The notes under the pieces were generated by a model that worked only from the letters and a program-made list of their open reading frames with translations, searched no databases and was not told the origin of the DNA. Positions 12,716-24,400 of a DNA stretch of 64,000 nt are shown here, one piece after another (the first letter of the stretch is position 1; every line of letters begins with the position of its first letter). The DNA comes from Candidatus Nitrotoga sp. CP45 (lineage in GTDB: Bacteria; Pseudomonadota; Gammaproteobacteria; Burkholderiales; Gallionellaceae). Where the stretch lies: assembly GCA_003402375.1 (NCBI GenBank), contig QFXJ01000053.1, forward strand, positions 4,182-68,181, in the 5' to 3' direction. Both the position numbers and the translations under genes were made by a program.

Positions 12716-13792
12716 CTAGGAAAACAGCCTGCGCGCCTGGGCGCTGCCAGCAATAATGTGGCTTGCCCGCATTTCAGCCTCAACAGCAGCAATGCGCTCA
12801 CGGATTAGCGTAATGCTGTCTTCGCTTAATGCCACATGGTTCGCATCCACTATAGTTGCGTGCAATTCATTAGCCAGTTGTCGCGCCAAAATCACCATTT
12901 GGTCAAAACCTAGTGCGGGTTGCTCCACACGTGGCACATCCAGCAGCAAAGTCAGGCCATCTACATGCAATTCACCCAACGTATGGTGTTGAAATGGGGT
13001 GTTATCTTCATTACACAGGCTGAACAAAGTTTGACCGTGCGTATCAATTAAGTGAAACGCACCGTCCGCTTGCAAACGTAAATCATACTGCTCAGCCACA
13101 CGCGCGATATCGTTGCCAGACAGTATGTGTTTATCGCTGGGCAAAATATTAAGGCCGATCATCTGATCTACACCTGCGCAGAATTTATCCAACTCTACCG
13201 CGTGCGCAGCAGTTTTTGCCACATCCGGCAGTACCACACTGGTATGCAATTGTGCTGCAATCATTCGCGCAAGCTCGCGAAAATCCATCAATTTAGCTTC
13301 ACTCACCGCACCGGAACGATTCACCAGCTGTAAAGCCAGTTTAAACGAGGTGTAGGCCAATGGACTATCGGCAATCACTTTCTCCCATTCACCGCTCACA
13401 GCATTCAAACCGCACACATGAACGTTTTTACCAAAATCAAAGCGTTGCTGCCACAACAACGTTAGCGCATCCGCACCCACCGGGTTTTTAGGCGAAATCA
13501 CTGCAATGTAATCGGTTTTCTCATCCAGCAACGCACACATAGCATCTACCGTGTGCCCATGTTGTGGCTCATTGGGCAAGATACCCACAGGCACGGCCTG
13601 TTCCATTTTCTCAACCAGCAGTTCATCTGTCGGAATTTCTTCAGCTGGGCGATACAATGCATCTTCATGCCTATGCTTGAACGCCGCACCGAACTTACGC
13701 CGATACCGGCGTTGCTGCCACCAATTATAAATATATATTGTCAGTACCACGGTGATGCCGATACCGAGCAAGCTAATTTGTAGTTCACTCAT
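12716..13792 (-). CDS. zipA: Cell division protein with ZipA C-terminal FtsZ-binding domain
   Basis: N-terminal TM (LQISLLGIGITVVLTIYIYNWWQ), betaproteobacterial ZipA-like C-terminus (LLLDVPRV, GSAQARRLFS), adjacent to ligA. Confidence 0.8.
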   Translation of the reverse strand: MSELQISLLGIGITVVLTIYIYNWWQQRRYRRKFGAAFKHRHEDALYRPAEEIPTDELLVEKMEQAVPVGILPNEPQHGHTVDAMCALLDEKTDYIAVISPKNPVGADALTLLWQQRFDFGKNVHVCGLNAVSGEWEKVIADSPLAYTSFKLALQLVNRSGAVSEAKLMDFRELARMIAAQLHTSVVLPDVAKTAAHAVELDKFCAGVDQMIGLNILPSDKHILSGNDIARVAEQYDLRLQADGAFHLIDTHGQTLFSLCNEDNTPFQHHTLGELHVDGLTLLLDVPRVEQPALGFDQMVILARQLANELHATIVDANHVALSEDSITLIRERIAAVEAEMRASHIIAGSAQARRLFS

Positions 13793-14148
13793 AATTGGAA
13801 ATAATACAATAGATTAATTTTCTGCATACACGGCACGTTACACCGTTATTGTTGGATTATCGCAAGAGAGCTAAGAAATGGCAAAGGTCAGTGAACCCTA
13901 TTTTAATGTAGTTTGAATCGCATCTGTCATATTACCTGCCGTATTGAAATGGTTTCCACAATTAATATTGTGTATCAAATTATCCACATTTAAGTAACCA
14001 CTTCAAAATACGCTTGATATAGACGATTTCATCGTGAAATAAACTAAAAAGTGACGTCCGGCAGGTTTCATCGGCAAACATCCGTATACGGTATACACCG
14101 CCGCACCACCAGCAGCCATTTTTCATGCGCCAACCTTTATACCAACAA

Positions 14149-14192
14149 TTGACTAACTTAAAATTTAGCCCTATAGTTAACCAATTAGTTAA
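14149..14192 (+). promoter_or_regulatory. Sigma70 promoter with overlapping ArsR-type operator
   Basis: TTGACT(14149)-17 bp-TATAGT(14172); near-palindrome TTAACCAATTAGTTAA at 14177-14192. Confidence 0.7.
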
Positions 14193-14214
14193 TTATAGGA
14201 TTGGATAAGTACAT

Positions 14215-14592
14215 ATGTCCACGAATATCACCATAGACCACCTCAGCGCGACCTTCTCCGCTTTGGCCGACCCCACCCGGCGGGCGATGTTGGCGCGTCT
14301 GGCTAAAGGTGAAGCATCAGTTAACGAGCTTGCTGCGCCATTTGCGATGAGCTTGCCTGCCGTATCAAAGCACATCAAAGTGCTGGAAAAAGCTGGATTG
14401 GTCACTAAAGGGCGCGACGCGCAGTGGCGCCCCTGCCGTATTGACGCTGAACAGCTCAAAGTGGCGATGGACTGGATTGGTCAATACAAACAGTTTTGGG
14501 AAGAGCGGCTAGACCGTTTGGATACCTATTTACTCACCCTGCAACAAAACCCAGACCCCGATATCAACCCCACCAAAGGAGAGTTAAAGTGA
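14215..14592 (+). CDS. ArsR/SmtB family transcriptional regulator
   Basis: [41 protein letters not shown]. Confidence 0.93.
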   Translation: MSTNITIDHLSATFSALADPTRRAMLARLAKGEASVNELAAPFAMSLPAVSKHIKVLEKAGLVTKGRDAQWRPCRIDAEQLKVAMDWIGQYKQFWEERLDRLDTYLLTLQQNPDPDINPTKGELK

Positions 14593-15107
14593 ATACCAAT
14601 GGAACATCTAGCCAATTCAATCCCCAACTAGATCTCACTTTTGAGCGCATTATCGATGTCCCCAAAGAACTTGTTTGGCGCGCTTGGACTGAGCCAGCGC
14701 TGCTCAAACCATGGTTTTGCCCGCTGCCGTGGAAAACGATAGACGCTGAAATTGACCTGCGCCCCGGCGGCATGTTCCGCAGCACCATGCAGTCGCCGGA
14801 AGGTAAGGAATTCCCCAATACCGGCTGCTACCTGGAAGTCATCCCCAATGAAAAATTAGTCTGGACGAATGCCTTGTTGCCAGGCTTTCGCCCCAGCACA
14901 CCCAGCCCAACTTGCGGAGACGAACAGGCCGATTTCAAGTTCACCGCCATAATCGAACTGGCAGACCACCCCAACGGCACACGCTACACCGCCACGGTGA
15001 TCCACGCGGATGAAACAGGTAGTAAGCAACACGCTGCGATGGGATTTGAAAGCGGCTGGGGTACAGCGTTCGACCAACTGGTCGCCATGATCAAGAAAGG
15101 CATCTGA
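14589..15107 (+). CDS. SRPBCC (AHSA1/START-like) domain protein
   Basis: [51 protein letters not shown] start overlaps the arsR stop. Confidence 0.9.
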   Translation: MNTNGTSSQFNPQLDLTFERIIDVPKELVWRAWTEPALLKPWFCPLPWKTIDAEIDLRPGGMFRSTMQSPEGKEFPNTGCYLEVIPNEKLVWTNALLPGFRPSTPSPTCGDEQADFKFTAIIELADHPNGTRYTATVIHADETGSKQHAAMGFESGWGTAFDQLVAMIKKGI

Positions 15108-15109
15108 CC

Positions 15110-16030
15110 ATGTCTACCCTGGCCCCAGAGAAATCCAACGAGATTGTCATCACCCGCAACGTAAACGCACCCATCCAGCGCGTCTGGCAAATGTTCACCC
15201 GACCCGAGCACATCCAACATTGGTGGGGGCCAAACGGCTTTACCAATACGATTTTTGAGATGGATGTGCGTGTGGGCGGGCTGTGGCGCTACATCATGCA
15301 TGCCCCCGCCAACGCAGACGGTAGCCCAGGCACAAATTACAACAACTGGATCCGCTACACCACCATCACCGAGCCGACTTTCATGGCTTACGAGCACGGC
15401 GGCGATGACCCTGACCATGCCGAGTTCAACGCCACCATAACGTTACAAGACTTGGGCGACCAAACACAGGTCACACTACGAATAATCTTGAAATCAGAAG
15501 CGCAACGCAAAGCCATGGCTGAATTTGGCGCGATTGAGGGGGGCGAGCAAACGCTGGCGCGGCTCGATGCCTATTTAACAGCCACCGGAAAACCCAACGA
15601 ACTCATCATCACTCGAACATTCGATGCGCCACGCGCTTTAGTATGGAAGGCTTGGACTGATCCCAAACATGCGCTGAATTGGTGGGGGCCAAGCCACCAT
15701 CCCGCAGTCAATGTGATGTGGGATGCACGGCCGGGCGCTCGCTGGCGCAATTGTTTGCGTTCTGTTGAAACCGGAGATTTGTTATGGCACGGTGGCGAAT
15801 TTCGTGAAGTGGTCGAGCCGGAATTACTTGAATTTACTTTTGCATGGGAAGAAACAGGCGAGCGAGGCATAGAAAACTTAATCACTATAACCCTTACCGA
15901 GAATCACGAAAAAACGACCATGGTGCTTAGGCAAACACCATTCCAGTCATCGTTCGAGAAAGAAGGACATAACGAAGGCTGGAACAGCACATTTGACCGT
16001 TTAGCGGACTATCTGGCACGGGTTACTTAA
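15110..16030 (+). CDS. Tandem double SRPBCC domain protein
   Basis: Two domains beginning EIVITRNVNAP..VW and ELIITRTFDAPRALVWKAWTDP. Confidence 0.88.
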   Translation: MSTLAPEKSNEIVITRNVNAPIQRVWQMFTRPEHIQHWWGPNGFTNTIFEMDVRVGGLWRYIMHAPANADGSPGTNYNNWIRYTTITEPTFMAYEHGGDDPDHAEFNATITLQDLGDQTQVTLRIILKSEAQRKAMAEFGAIEGGEQTLARLDAYLTATGKPNELIITRTFDAPRALVWKAWTDPKHALNWWGPSHHPAVNVMWDARPGARWRNCLRSVETGDLLWHGGEFREVVEPELLEFTFAWEETGERGIENLITITLTENHEKTTMVLRQTPFQSSFEKEGHNEGWNSTFDRLADYLARVT

Positions 16031-16059
16031 TCGTTTTCAATCCCAACAGGAGAAAGACC

Positions 16060-16533
16060 ATGCAAAAAATCACTACCTGTTTATTGTTTAGCGGGCAAGC
16101 CGAGGAGGCAATGCACTATTACGTCTCTATTTTTAAAAACTCTAAAATATTAAGCGTGACTCACTACGGCAAAGGCGCGCCTATGCCAGAGGGCACAGTG
16201 ATGACCGCAAATTTTGAGCTGGAGGGACGCCAATTTATGGCGCTCAACGGGCCGATGTATAAATTTTCACCTGCGACTTCCTTCGTCGTGAATTGCGAAA
16301 CCCAGGAAGAAGTAGAATACTACTGGGACGCATTGGTCGCGGACGGCAAGCCCAGCCAATGCTCGTGGCTGGACGATAAATACGGCGTGTCATGGCAGAT
16401 TGTTCCCAAGCAACTCATACAATTGATAAGTGACCCGGACCCTGTGAAAGCAGGGCGTGTGATGCAAGCAATGATGACTATGTCGAAGATCGTGATTGCA
16501 GATATACAGCGAGCTTACGACGCGAACTATTGA
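16060..16533 (+). CDS. VOC family protein (PhnB / 3-demethylubiquinone-9 3-methyltransferase-like)
   Basis: MQKITTCLLF, F.ALNGP, CETQEEVEYYWDAL, CSWLDDKYGVSWQIVP. Confidence 0.9.
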   Translation: MQKITTCLLFSGQAEEAMHYYVSIFKNSKILSVTHYGKGAPMPEGTVMTANFELEGRQFMALNGPMYKFSPATSFVVNCETQEEVEYYWDALVADGKPSQCSWLDDKYGVSWQIVPKQLIQLISDPDPVKAGRVMQAMMTMSKIVIADIQRAYDANY

Positions 16534-16556
16534 TTAGGCCGGATTATGTTTGAAGT

Positions 16557-16614
16557 CCGTTCGCCTTGAGCCTGTCGAAAGGTGAATGGGCTTCGACAAG
16601 CTCAGCCCGAACGG
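16557..16614. repeat. REP-like inverted doublet (GIY-YIG-associated family)
   Basis: ccgttcgccttgagcctgtcgaa ... cttcgacaagctcagcccgaacgg. Confidence 0.85.
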
Positions 16615-16719
16615 AGTTAATACTTCACCGTGCCTGATCAATAAGTAGCACATCAACAGGTGGTACGCGCGCGAAGTAAATAATTTTATTATTTATCAAA
16701 AAATTTAGGAGAATTAACC

Positions 16720-17187
16720 ATGACCAACTTAAAAGTCAAAGCCATTCCTGATGGCATGCATTCGATCACTCCGCACATCATCTGCGCAGGCGCTTCGGAG
16801 GCTATTGAGTTTTACAAAAAAGCATTCAATGCCATAGAATTAATGCGCCTTCCAGCCCCAGACGGCAAACTCATGCACGCTTGTGTTCAGATTGGCGACT
16901 CACAATTGATGCTCGCTGAAGAAAACCCGAAATGGGGTGCACTTGGACCAAAAACATTAAAAAGCTCGCCCATCACGATCCATTTGCAAGTCGAAAACGC
17001 GGACGAAATCATGGCGCAAGCCCTAGCAGCGGGTGCAAAAATTACTATGCCTATTGCGGATATGTTTTGGGGAGATCGTTACGGCCAAGTGGAAGACCCG
17101 TTTGGTCACCGCTGGGCGATCGCCACCCATACGCGCGATGTGACGCCCGAAGAAATGCAAGCGGACATGGCCAAGATGGGCTGCTAA
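16720..17187 (+). CDS. VOC/glyoxalase family protein (PhnB-like)
   Basis: ITPHIICAGASEAIEFYKKAF, MFWGDRYGQVEDPFGHRW. Confidence 0.9.
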   Translation: MTNLKVKAIPDGMHSITPHIICAGASEAIEFYKKAFNAIELMRLPAPDGKLMHACVQIGDSQLMLAEENPKWGALGPKTLKSSPITIHLQVENADEIMAQALAAGAKITMPIADMFWGDRYGQVEDPFGHRWAIATHTRDVTPEEMQADMAKMGC

Positions 17188-17228
17188 ATCAACAACCATT
17201 ACCTTTGAGAAGACTACGCTTAACAAGT

Positions 17229-17309
17229 CCGTTCGCGTTGAGCTTGCCGAAACGTACCACTTGCAAATCAATAACTTGCAAGTTTATTCGACAGGTGCAG
17301 CTCGAACGG
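17229..17309. repeat. REP-like inverted doublet with spacer, between convergent genes
   Basis: ccgttcgcgttgagcttgccgaa ... ttcgacaggtgcagctcgaacgg. Confidence 0.75.
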
Positions 17310-17335
17310 AGGGAGTTGTTCAGCATTACCCTAAG

Positions 17336-18274
17336 TTAAACCTCATCCCCGCGGATCATTAAAGGTATCAGCCCCGGCAAACGGTTAAAGCTGACCGTCC
17401 GTACGGTTTCCAGAAAATCCTGCATATAGGAAGCTTGCGCAGCCTCCACATGTGTGACGGCATACAGCTCGCCGAACAATCCTTCTTTGCCTAGACGCAT
17501 GCTATGCACGTAGCCGGTTTTTAAATAGCTTTGCACTGCCCAGTTCGGCATGGCGGAGATACCTCGGCGGCTGGCAACCAACTGTAAAATTGCAACGGTC
17601 AGTTCGGCGGTTCGGCGTTTCGGCTCAACGCCGCTCGGCTTCAAAAAATTGCGGATTACGTCCAGCATTTCTTCAGGTACCGGGTAGGTCACTAACGTTT
17701 CGTCGGCAAAGTCGGTGGGAGTGAGGTATTCTTTTTGCGCCAATTTGTGTAAGCAAGAAACAATGCCGACAATCTCGAAACCGAACAAAGGGTGATAAGT
17801 CATTCCGTTCTTGCGGTACTCAGATACCACGGCAAGGTCGGCGCGGTCTTCACGCAGCAGCGCCAGCGGATCAACATGAAAACCGGATACCAAATCCAAT
17901 TCAACCTCCGGCCAATGTTCACGGAAAATATCCATCGCGGGCATTAGCCACTCGAAGCAAGTATGGCACTCCACCGCTATACGCAAGCGTCCGGCCTGTC
18001 CTTCTACAATGCGCGCGATATCGCGCTCGGCTTCTGCCACTTGCGCGAGCACCGCTCCGGCCAAAACTTGCAGTCGCTGTCCGGCAGCCGTCAATCGCAA
18101 AGGCTGCGTCTTGCGCTCAAACAACGGAACGCCGTAATGATCTTCTATTTGTTTGACCTGATGCGAAATTGCCGATTGGGTCAGGTGTAAGCGTTGCGCG
18201 GCACGCGACAGATTGCCGCTCCCGACCAAGGCTTCCAACATGCGTAAATGACGTAATTCCAGAATGGATAGCAT
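17336..18274 (-). CDS. metR: LysR-family regulator MetR
   Basis: LELRHL HTH, RLRIAVECHTCFEWLMPAM, TLVTYPV; divergent from metE. Confidence 0.95.
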   Translation of the reverse strand: MLSILELRHLRMLEALVGSGNLSRAAQRLHLTQSAISHQVKQIEDHYGVPLFERKTQPLRLTAAGQRLQVLAGAVLAQVAEAERDIARIVEGQAGRLRIAVECHTCFEWLMPAMDIFREHWPEVELDLVSGFHVDPLALLREDRADLAVVSEYRKNGMTYHPLFGFEIVGIVSCLHKLAQKEYLTPTDFADETLVTYPVPEEMLDVIRNFLKPSGVEPKRRTAELTVAILQLVASRRGISAMPNWAVQSYLKTGYVHSMRLGKEGLFGELYAVTHVEAAQASYMQDFLETVRTVSFNRLPGLIPLMIRGDEV

Positions 18275-18367
18275 TATTAAATAATTTAATGATTAATACG
18301 AAAATAATGATTTTGCATAATAGTAGGAATTTGCCGAAGATGCCATCCTTTCCAACGGAGGATTATC

Positions 18368-20635
18368 ATGGCAACTACACACAATCTTGGCTTTCCACGC
18401 ATCGGCGCACAACGCGAACTCAAAAAAGCTTTGGAATCCTATTGGAATGGCCAATTGGACGAAGCATCCCTGCTCGCCACCGGCAAAGAATTACGAGCGC
18501 GGCATTGGGCGGTGCAGCGCGATGCGGGAATTGCTCTCATTCCGGCTGGGGATTTTGCATGGTACGACCAAATGTTGAATATGACCGTCCTCTTGGGTGC
18601 GGCGCCCGAACGATTCGGTTTTACAGGTCCATCAACACTGGAGCAGTATTTCCAGCTTGCGCGCGGCAATGCACAACAGCACGCCATGGAAATGACCAAA
18701 TGGTTCGACACCAACTATCACTATCTCGTCCCGGAATTTCTGAATTCTACTGAGTTCAAGTTAAATAGTTCATGGCTATTCGATGAAGTGGATGAAGCGC
18801 AGGCACTGGGAATCAATGCCAAGCCGGTATTAATTGGCCCGCTCACCTACCTGTATCTCGGTAAAGAAAAACATGCCGGTCTGAATCGCCTGAATTTATT
18901 GCCCAAGATAATTCCGGTGTACAAGCAAATTCTGGAGCGCTTGAAAGCGCAAGGTGTGGAATGGGTGCAGATTGACGAACCTGTGCTGGCACTCGATCTG
19001 CCGCAGGAATGGGTGGCAGCACTCTCTCACACCTACGCCAGCCTGGCGCAGGACGCCCCCAGAATTCTGCTCGCCACTTATTTCGACAGCGTGGAAGACC
19101 ATGCCGAAGCGCTAAAAGCCTTGCCGGTTGCCGGCCTGCATATCGACTTGGTGCGTGCTCCGCAGCAGGCTGATACCTTTATTCGCAATTTCCCGGCGGA
19201 TAAAATCCTTTCTGCAGGTATCGTAGATGGCCGTAATATCTGGCTCAACAACCTGCCTGCTTCGTTAGCTATCCTCGAAGAATTGCGTATAACACTGGGG
19301 GATCGACTCTGGGTTGCGCCCAGTTGTTCCCTGTTGCATGTACCGGTGGATTTAGTACAAGAAACCGGACTGGATAAAACCATCAAAAGTTGGATGGCAT
19401 TCGCCAAGCAAAAGCTTGAAGAGGTTGTCACCTTGGCGCAAGGTATATCACACGGTAAGGAAGCCATCGCTCCTCAATTGGCAAAAACCAATGCTGCATT
19501 GGAAAGCCGAGTGTACTCGCCGCTGCGACATGATCGTGAAGTGCGTCAACGTATTGCAGCCCTAAAACCTGCCGATGAAAAACGCTCTACACCGTTTGCC
19601 CAGCGCATCGCTGCACAGCAAGCGCAATTCAAGCTGCCTGTTTTCCCGACTACTACCATCGGCTCTTTTCCGCAAACTGCAGCCATCCGCAGTGCCCGCG
19701 CTGGCTACAAACAAGGCAAACTAAGCGAGGAGCAATATCGCACGGCGATGCAGGCGGAAATCCACCATGTAGTGGCCAAGCAGGAAGAACTGGGAATCGA
19801 CGTGCTGGTGCATGGTGAAGCCGAACGCAACGACATGGTGGAATACTTCGGCGAACAACTGAAAGGCTTCGCTTTTACACAATATGGCTGGGTCCAAAGC
19901 TACGGCTCGCGCTGCGTAAAACCCCCTGTCATCTATGGCGACATTTCACGACCGCGCCCAATGACCGTGGAATGGAGTTGCTACGCGCAAAGCCTGACCG
20001 ACAAACCAATGAAAGGGATGCTCACCGGACCAATCACCATTTTGCAATGGTCATTCGTGCGCAACGATATACCTCGCGCTGCCACCGCCTTGCAAATTGC
20101 GCTGGCGATTCGCGCTGAAGTGCAGGATTTGGAGCGGGCGGGCATAGGCATCATTCAGATAGACGAAGCCGCCTTACGCGAAGGCTTGCCGATCAAACGG
20201 CAGGACTGGGCGCATTACCTCGACTGGGCAGTGCGCGCTTTCCGCATCAGTACCAGCGGCGTGCGGGACACCACGCAAATTCACACGCACATGTGCTATT
20301 CAGAATTCAACGACATTTTGCCCGCCATCGCCGCGATGGATGCAGATGTGATCACGATAGAAACATCGCGCTCGGATATGGAACTGCTGGAAGCCTTCCG
20401 TGCCTTCCATTATCCGAATGATATAGGCCCAGGCGTGTACGACATCCATTCACCGCGTGTGCCGAGTCAGGAAGAAATGCAGCGTCTGATGCGCAAAGCA
20501 TGTGCTGTTATTCCGCGCGAGCGCTTGTGGGTTAACCCGGACTGCGGATTGAAAACACGCGGATGGCCGGAAGTGGAAGCGGCCCTACGCAACATGGTTG
20601 CCGTAGCGCATGAACTGCGCAACATCGCAGCCTGA
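18368..20635 (+). CDS. metE: Cobalamin-independent methionine synthase
   Basis: [49 protein letters not shown]. Confidence 0.98.
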   Translation: MATTHNLGFPRIGAQRELKKALESYWNGQLDEASLLATGKELRARHWAVQRDAGIALIPAGDFAWYDQMLNMTVLLGAAPERFGFTGPSTLEQYFQLARGNAQQHAMEMTKWFDTNYHYLVPEFLNSTEFKLNSSWLFDEVDEAQALGINAKPVLIGPLTYLYLGKEKHAGLNRLNLLPKIIPVYKQILERLKAQGVEWVQIDEPVLALDLPQEWVAALSHTYASLAQDAPRILLATYFDSVEDHAEALKALPVAGLHIDLVRAPQQADTFIRNFPADKILSAGIVDGRNIWLNNLPASLAILEELRITLGDRLWVAPSCSLLHVPVDLVQETGLDKTIKSWMAFAKQKLEEVVTLAQGISHGKEAIAPQLAKTNAALESRVYSPLRHDREVRQRIAALKPADEKRSTPFAQRIAAQQAQFKLPVFPTTTIGSFPQTAAIRSARAGYKQGKLSEEQYRTAMQAEIHHVVAKQEELGIDVLVHGEAERNDMVEYFGEQLKGFAFTQYGWVQSYGSRCVKPPVIYGDISRPRPMTVEWSCYAQSLTDKPMKGMLTGPITILQWSFVRNDIPRAATALQIALAIRAEVQDLERAGIGIIQIDEAALREGLPIKRQDWAHYLDWAVRAFRISTSGVRDTTQIHTHMCYSEFNDILPAIAAMDADVITIETSRSDMELLEAFRAFHYPNDIGPGVYDIHSPRVPSQEEMQRLMRKACAVIPRERLWVNPDCGLKTRGWPEVEAALRNMVAVAHELRNIAA

Positions 20636-20976
20636 TGGCGCACACGCTCGCACATGATGGAATTACGTTGTATACCATCATCGGCGTGTACGAATGGGAA
20701 CGGGCAGCCTCTCGTCCCCTCGTTTTTGATTTACGACTAGAAAGTGCACACCCGTTGGGCCTGACACGTACTCTTGTCGAGCGGCAGCTTGCCGATTGGC
20801 TTACACCCTGCCGCTATCGATTGCTGGAAGCTTTGGCAGAACACCTCGCCCAACGCATGTTAATGGAATGGCATTGCAGCCGGGTCATAATCGGCATCGA
20901 AAAACCTGGTGCATTAGGCGATCTGGCGCGCGTCGGCATACGCATTATGCGGCACGCGGAAAAGCGAGCTGCATAA
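20635..20976 (+). CDS. Dihydroneopterin aldolase-like protein
   Basis: IIGVYEWER, LLEALAE, IEKPGA motifs; overlaps the metE stop. Confidence 0.75.
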   Translation: MAHTLAHDGITLYTIIGVYEWERAASRPLVFDLRLESAHPLGLTRTLVERQLADWLTPCRYRLLEALAEHLAQRMLMEWHCSRVIIGIEKPGALGDLARVGIRIMRHAEKRAA

Positions 20977-21476
20977 TGCGTATGAACTGTTTATCCTACA
21001 ACGCCAATGGATCGACTACCAGATCGAACAACGTGGGGTGATCTTGCAGCGTGCCTTGAAGAATTCCTGCTCCATAGGATGAAACTCCCCGAGGCGTAAG
21101 CTTTTTAATCAACCTATATACAATCTATGCGCCGTTTACTGCTGATGTAAATGGAAAATACTGGCTAAGGATAATCAGTATTATCGTTAGCCAGCTGTTC
21201 GGCCTTAGTTGACCCTCCCTAGAGTTTCAAATTAAATCTGCTGTGTGCCATTGCGGCCATTCAGATAAGTGCGTCAAATATTGGCTAGACTTGAGAATCC
21301 TGGCGCAAGGAATCAAACTCTCTGCAAATAAAATCCATTGCCATTTTTATCTTGGGCAAATACCACAGACTTCAGACGTGTGCCTGAGGTTGGGAGTGAA
21401 GTAACCTAAATGTAGTGCTCCACAATACAATAAAATAGAAGACCAATCAGATGTACTCTGCGGAAGTGAGACTTGA

Positions 21477-24400
21477 ATGACCACCGTAATGAATATCGCA
21501 ACAAAATATCTCAGTAAGGGGCTTGTGTTCTTAATTCAACAATTACATGCAGCAGATAACTACATAACTAGACATTGGGATATTGAAAATCCAAAAGGCT
21601 ACGACGACCTAACCCCTATTGATAAAGCAGATGAAGACAGGAATTATTCTGAAGCACTCATCTGGGCACTAAAAAATCCCAGTGTAAAGAATATCGCTAT
21701 CACTGGTCCATATGGTTCGGGCAAAAGCAGTGTCTTGCGAACCTTTGAAAAAGGGCACAAGGAATATTCATATTTGAATATCTCCCTTGGTGCCTTTAAA
21801 GATGACCTTCAAATAGAAGGTACGGATGCGAATCGGAATGCATTGATAGAAAAAAGTGTATTGCAACAAATCTTCTATCGCATTGGGGAGCATATAGTTC
21901 CGCATTCCAGATTCCGACGAATCAAAGAGATTCCTTACCTTTACAACCTGATCAAGTCGAGTCTTTTTGCATTGTGGCTTGTAGTTGCTGGATATGTATA
22001 CGCCCCCAAAACCCAAGTTTTTGAAAGTCTTTTAGGTAAAGACGCTTTTGATGGTGCAACTTATTTATATCCCGCTGCCGTGATCACCATCTTGGGGCTG
22101 GCTCTGATTATCAATGAAGCCATTCGACTCTTTAGTCATATCCGACTGAGCGAAATCAACTTCAAAGAGGGGAAAATGAAGTTCGACGAAAATAGTGGCG
22201 ATTCCATTTTGAATAAGCACCTAGATGAAATCCTATACTTCTTCGAAAAAACGAAATTCGATGTAGTGGTAATAGAAGACCTAGACAGATTCGACGAGGT
22301 TGATATTTTCGTTAAGCTCCGCGAACTGAACACACTAATCAACAACTCTGAGCAGATCGACAGAAAAATCGCCTTCATATATGCCATCAAGGACGACGTA
22401 TTCGAGGATGCAAATCGCACGAAGTTTTTTGACTTCATCATTCCAATAATCCCGGTCATTAACACATCAAACTCCGGCGATGTACTATTCAAGAAATTAT
22501 CCAACTCTTTTGCGAAAGAGGAAATACCGGCCACATTCGTAAGCGATATTACGCTATATGTTGAAGATATGCGGATGTTGAAAAACATCTATAACGAGTT
22601 CGTTCTATACAAAAATAAATTATGTTCGGTAGGTGGAATTAAGCTGCCACTAGACAAACTTCTTGGCTTTATTGTTTATAAAAATAAATATCCCAACGAT
22701 TTCGCCAAACTGAACTCGAATGACGGAATGGTAGCCGGAATATTTAAGAAAAAAAGAACGCTTATTGAAAACAAAGCCAAATCGCTTAGTGCTGAGATAG
22801 ATTCACTGCAAAATGAGTTGGCACAAATTAATGAGGAAACGCTAAACAACACAAAGGATTTACGAAGGACGTACTTGGCTGCGCTATTTGAAAAGATTCC
22901 GAATTTGCATCAGCTATCTATTAATAATGTAAGGCATAACGTTGCCGATTTTCTAGAAGATAACTTGTTTAAACAATTACAGGCACAGCCACAAATCCAA
23001 CACTACCTCTTCAACAGTCACTATGGACCACATAATACGGGCCTCTCCTTTAAAACTCTTGATGAGCATCTCGGAGCAAGGGTGGCATATCCTCAAAGAG
23101 AACTTTTGATCATCAATAAGGGAAATGGTCGTATCGAAGAAGTCAAAAAGAATATCGCAGTACTGAATGAAAAGCTTCGGGATATAAAGTCATCCAACCT
23201 TAAGGGCCTGATTGATGCATTTCCATTAGAAGATTTTTTTGATAATCAGATTAAGGAAGAAAAGCTACTTACCTACCTAATCAGGAAGGGCTATATCAAT
23301 GAGGATTACCACGATTTTATCTCCTTCTTCTACGAAGGGAACATTACAAGAAATGATCAGGAATTTTTACTATAGACTCGGCCCGATTTATCCGTGAGTC
23401 ACCCAGTTTAAATTGCTCATAGAACTTGTATTTATTGACTTGCACGAGTGTCTCTCATACATGAGTCGCGGATAAATCAGGCCGGATCAATAAGTATCAA
23501 GAACCAGGACCCACTCAAGTTTACTCACTCATTAATTAAGATCGACGCAGTAATCAAACGCTTGAGTCGATCAGACTACAAAGAGTCAGCAGCATTCAAC
23601 TTTGATTTAATTAGCACACTGCTCAAAACGCCCGCCTACAAGGATCAACTGTACGTGGTTTTGGCTCAACTCTGCAACAACGAGAAACGTTCACTTGAGT
23701 TCATTGACACATATTTGTCGAATCAGGCAGATGCAGGGCTGTTAATAGATGAGCTTTGTAGGCGCTGGAAAGGGTTTTGGAAATGCGTTTCACAAGAAGC
23801 CAACTATCCGACCGATACGATTAACGGCTATCTAAAATTGATTCTCATTTATGCAGACACACCCAATATCATAAATGTGAATATCGACTCATCTCTAACT
23901 AGATACATTTCTGAAAAAATGAATTTCCTTGAATTCGCTTCCGGCATAAGTGATGTTGCAAAGTTAAAAAACACCCTAGCGAAGCTGGAAGTAAAATTTA
24001 CTGAACTCGTCAGGCCTGAGGTCAATAAAGTACTTTTTGAGTACATATATGAAAATTCCTTATATGAGATTAATGCCCATATGGTTGAGCGAATAGTTCA
24101 ATACTTCAATTCTAATGTTCTGAAGACGAACTCGATAAATACTTCAAATTTCACCGTCATACTTGAATCCAAGTGCAGCGAACTAATTTCCTACATCAAC
24201 TCCAATCCCAATGTGTATGTTGAGAATGTATTACTAAGCAGTGAGGATGAAATTGATGAAAGTGAGAATACTCTATTAATACTCTTAAATAATGATGACA
24301 TTGATGTTGACGGAAAAACTGCAATCCTTAACAAACAAAAAACGCCGATAACAAAGATTACCGATGTTTACGATCATGAGCTTTGGGGAGCCATTATCCA

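Noticed and set aside
13952-13988. DnaA boxes / oriC
   Set aside because: One perfect TTATCCACA and two weak matches; about two such hits are expected by chance in 64 kb, and no origin-type gene context is present.
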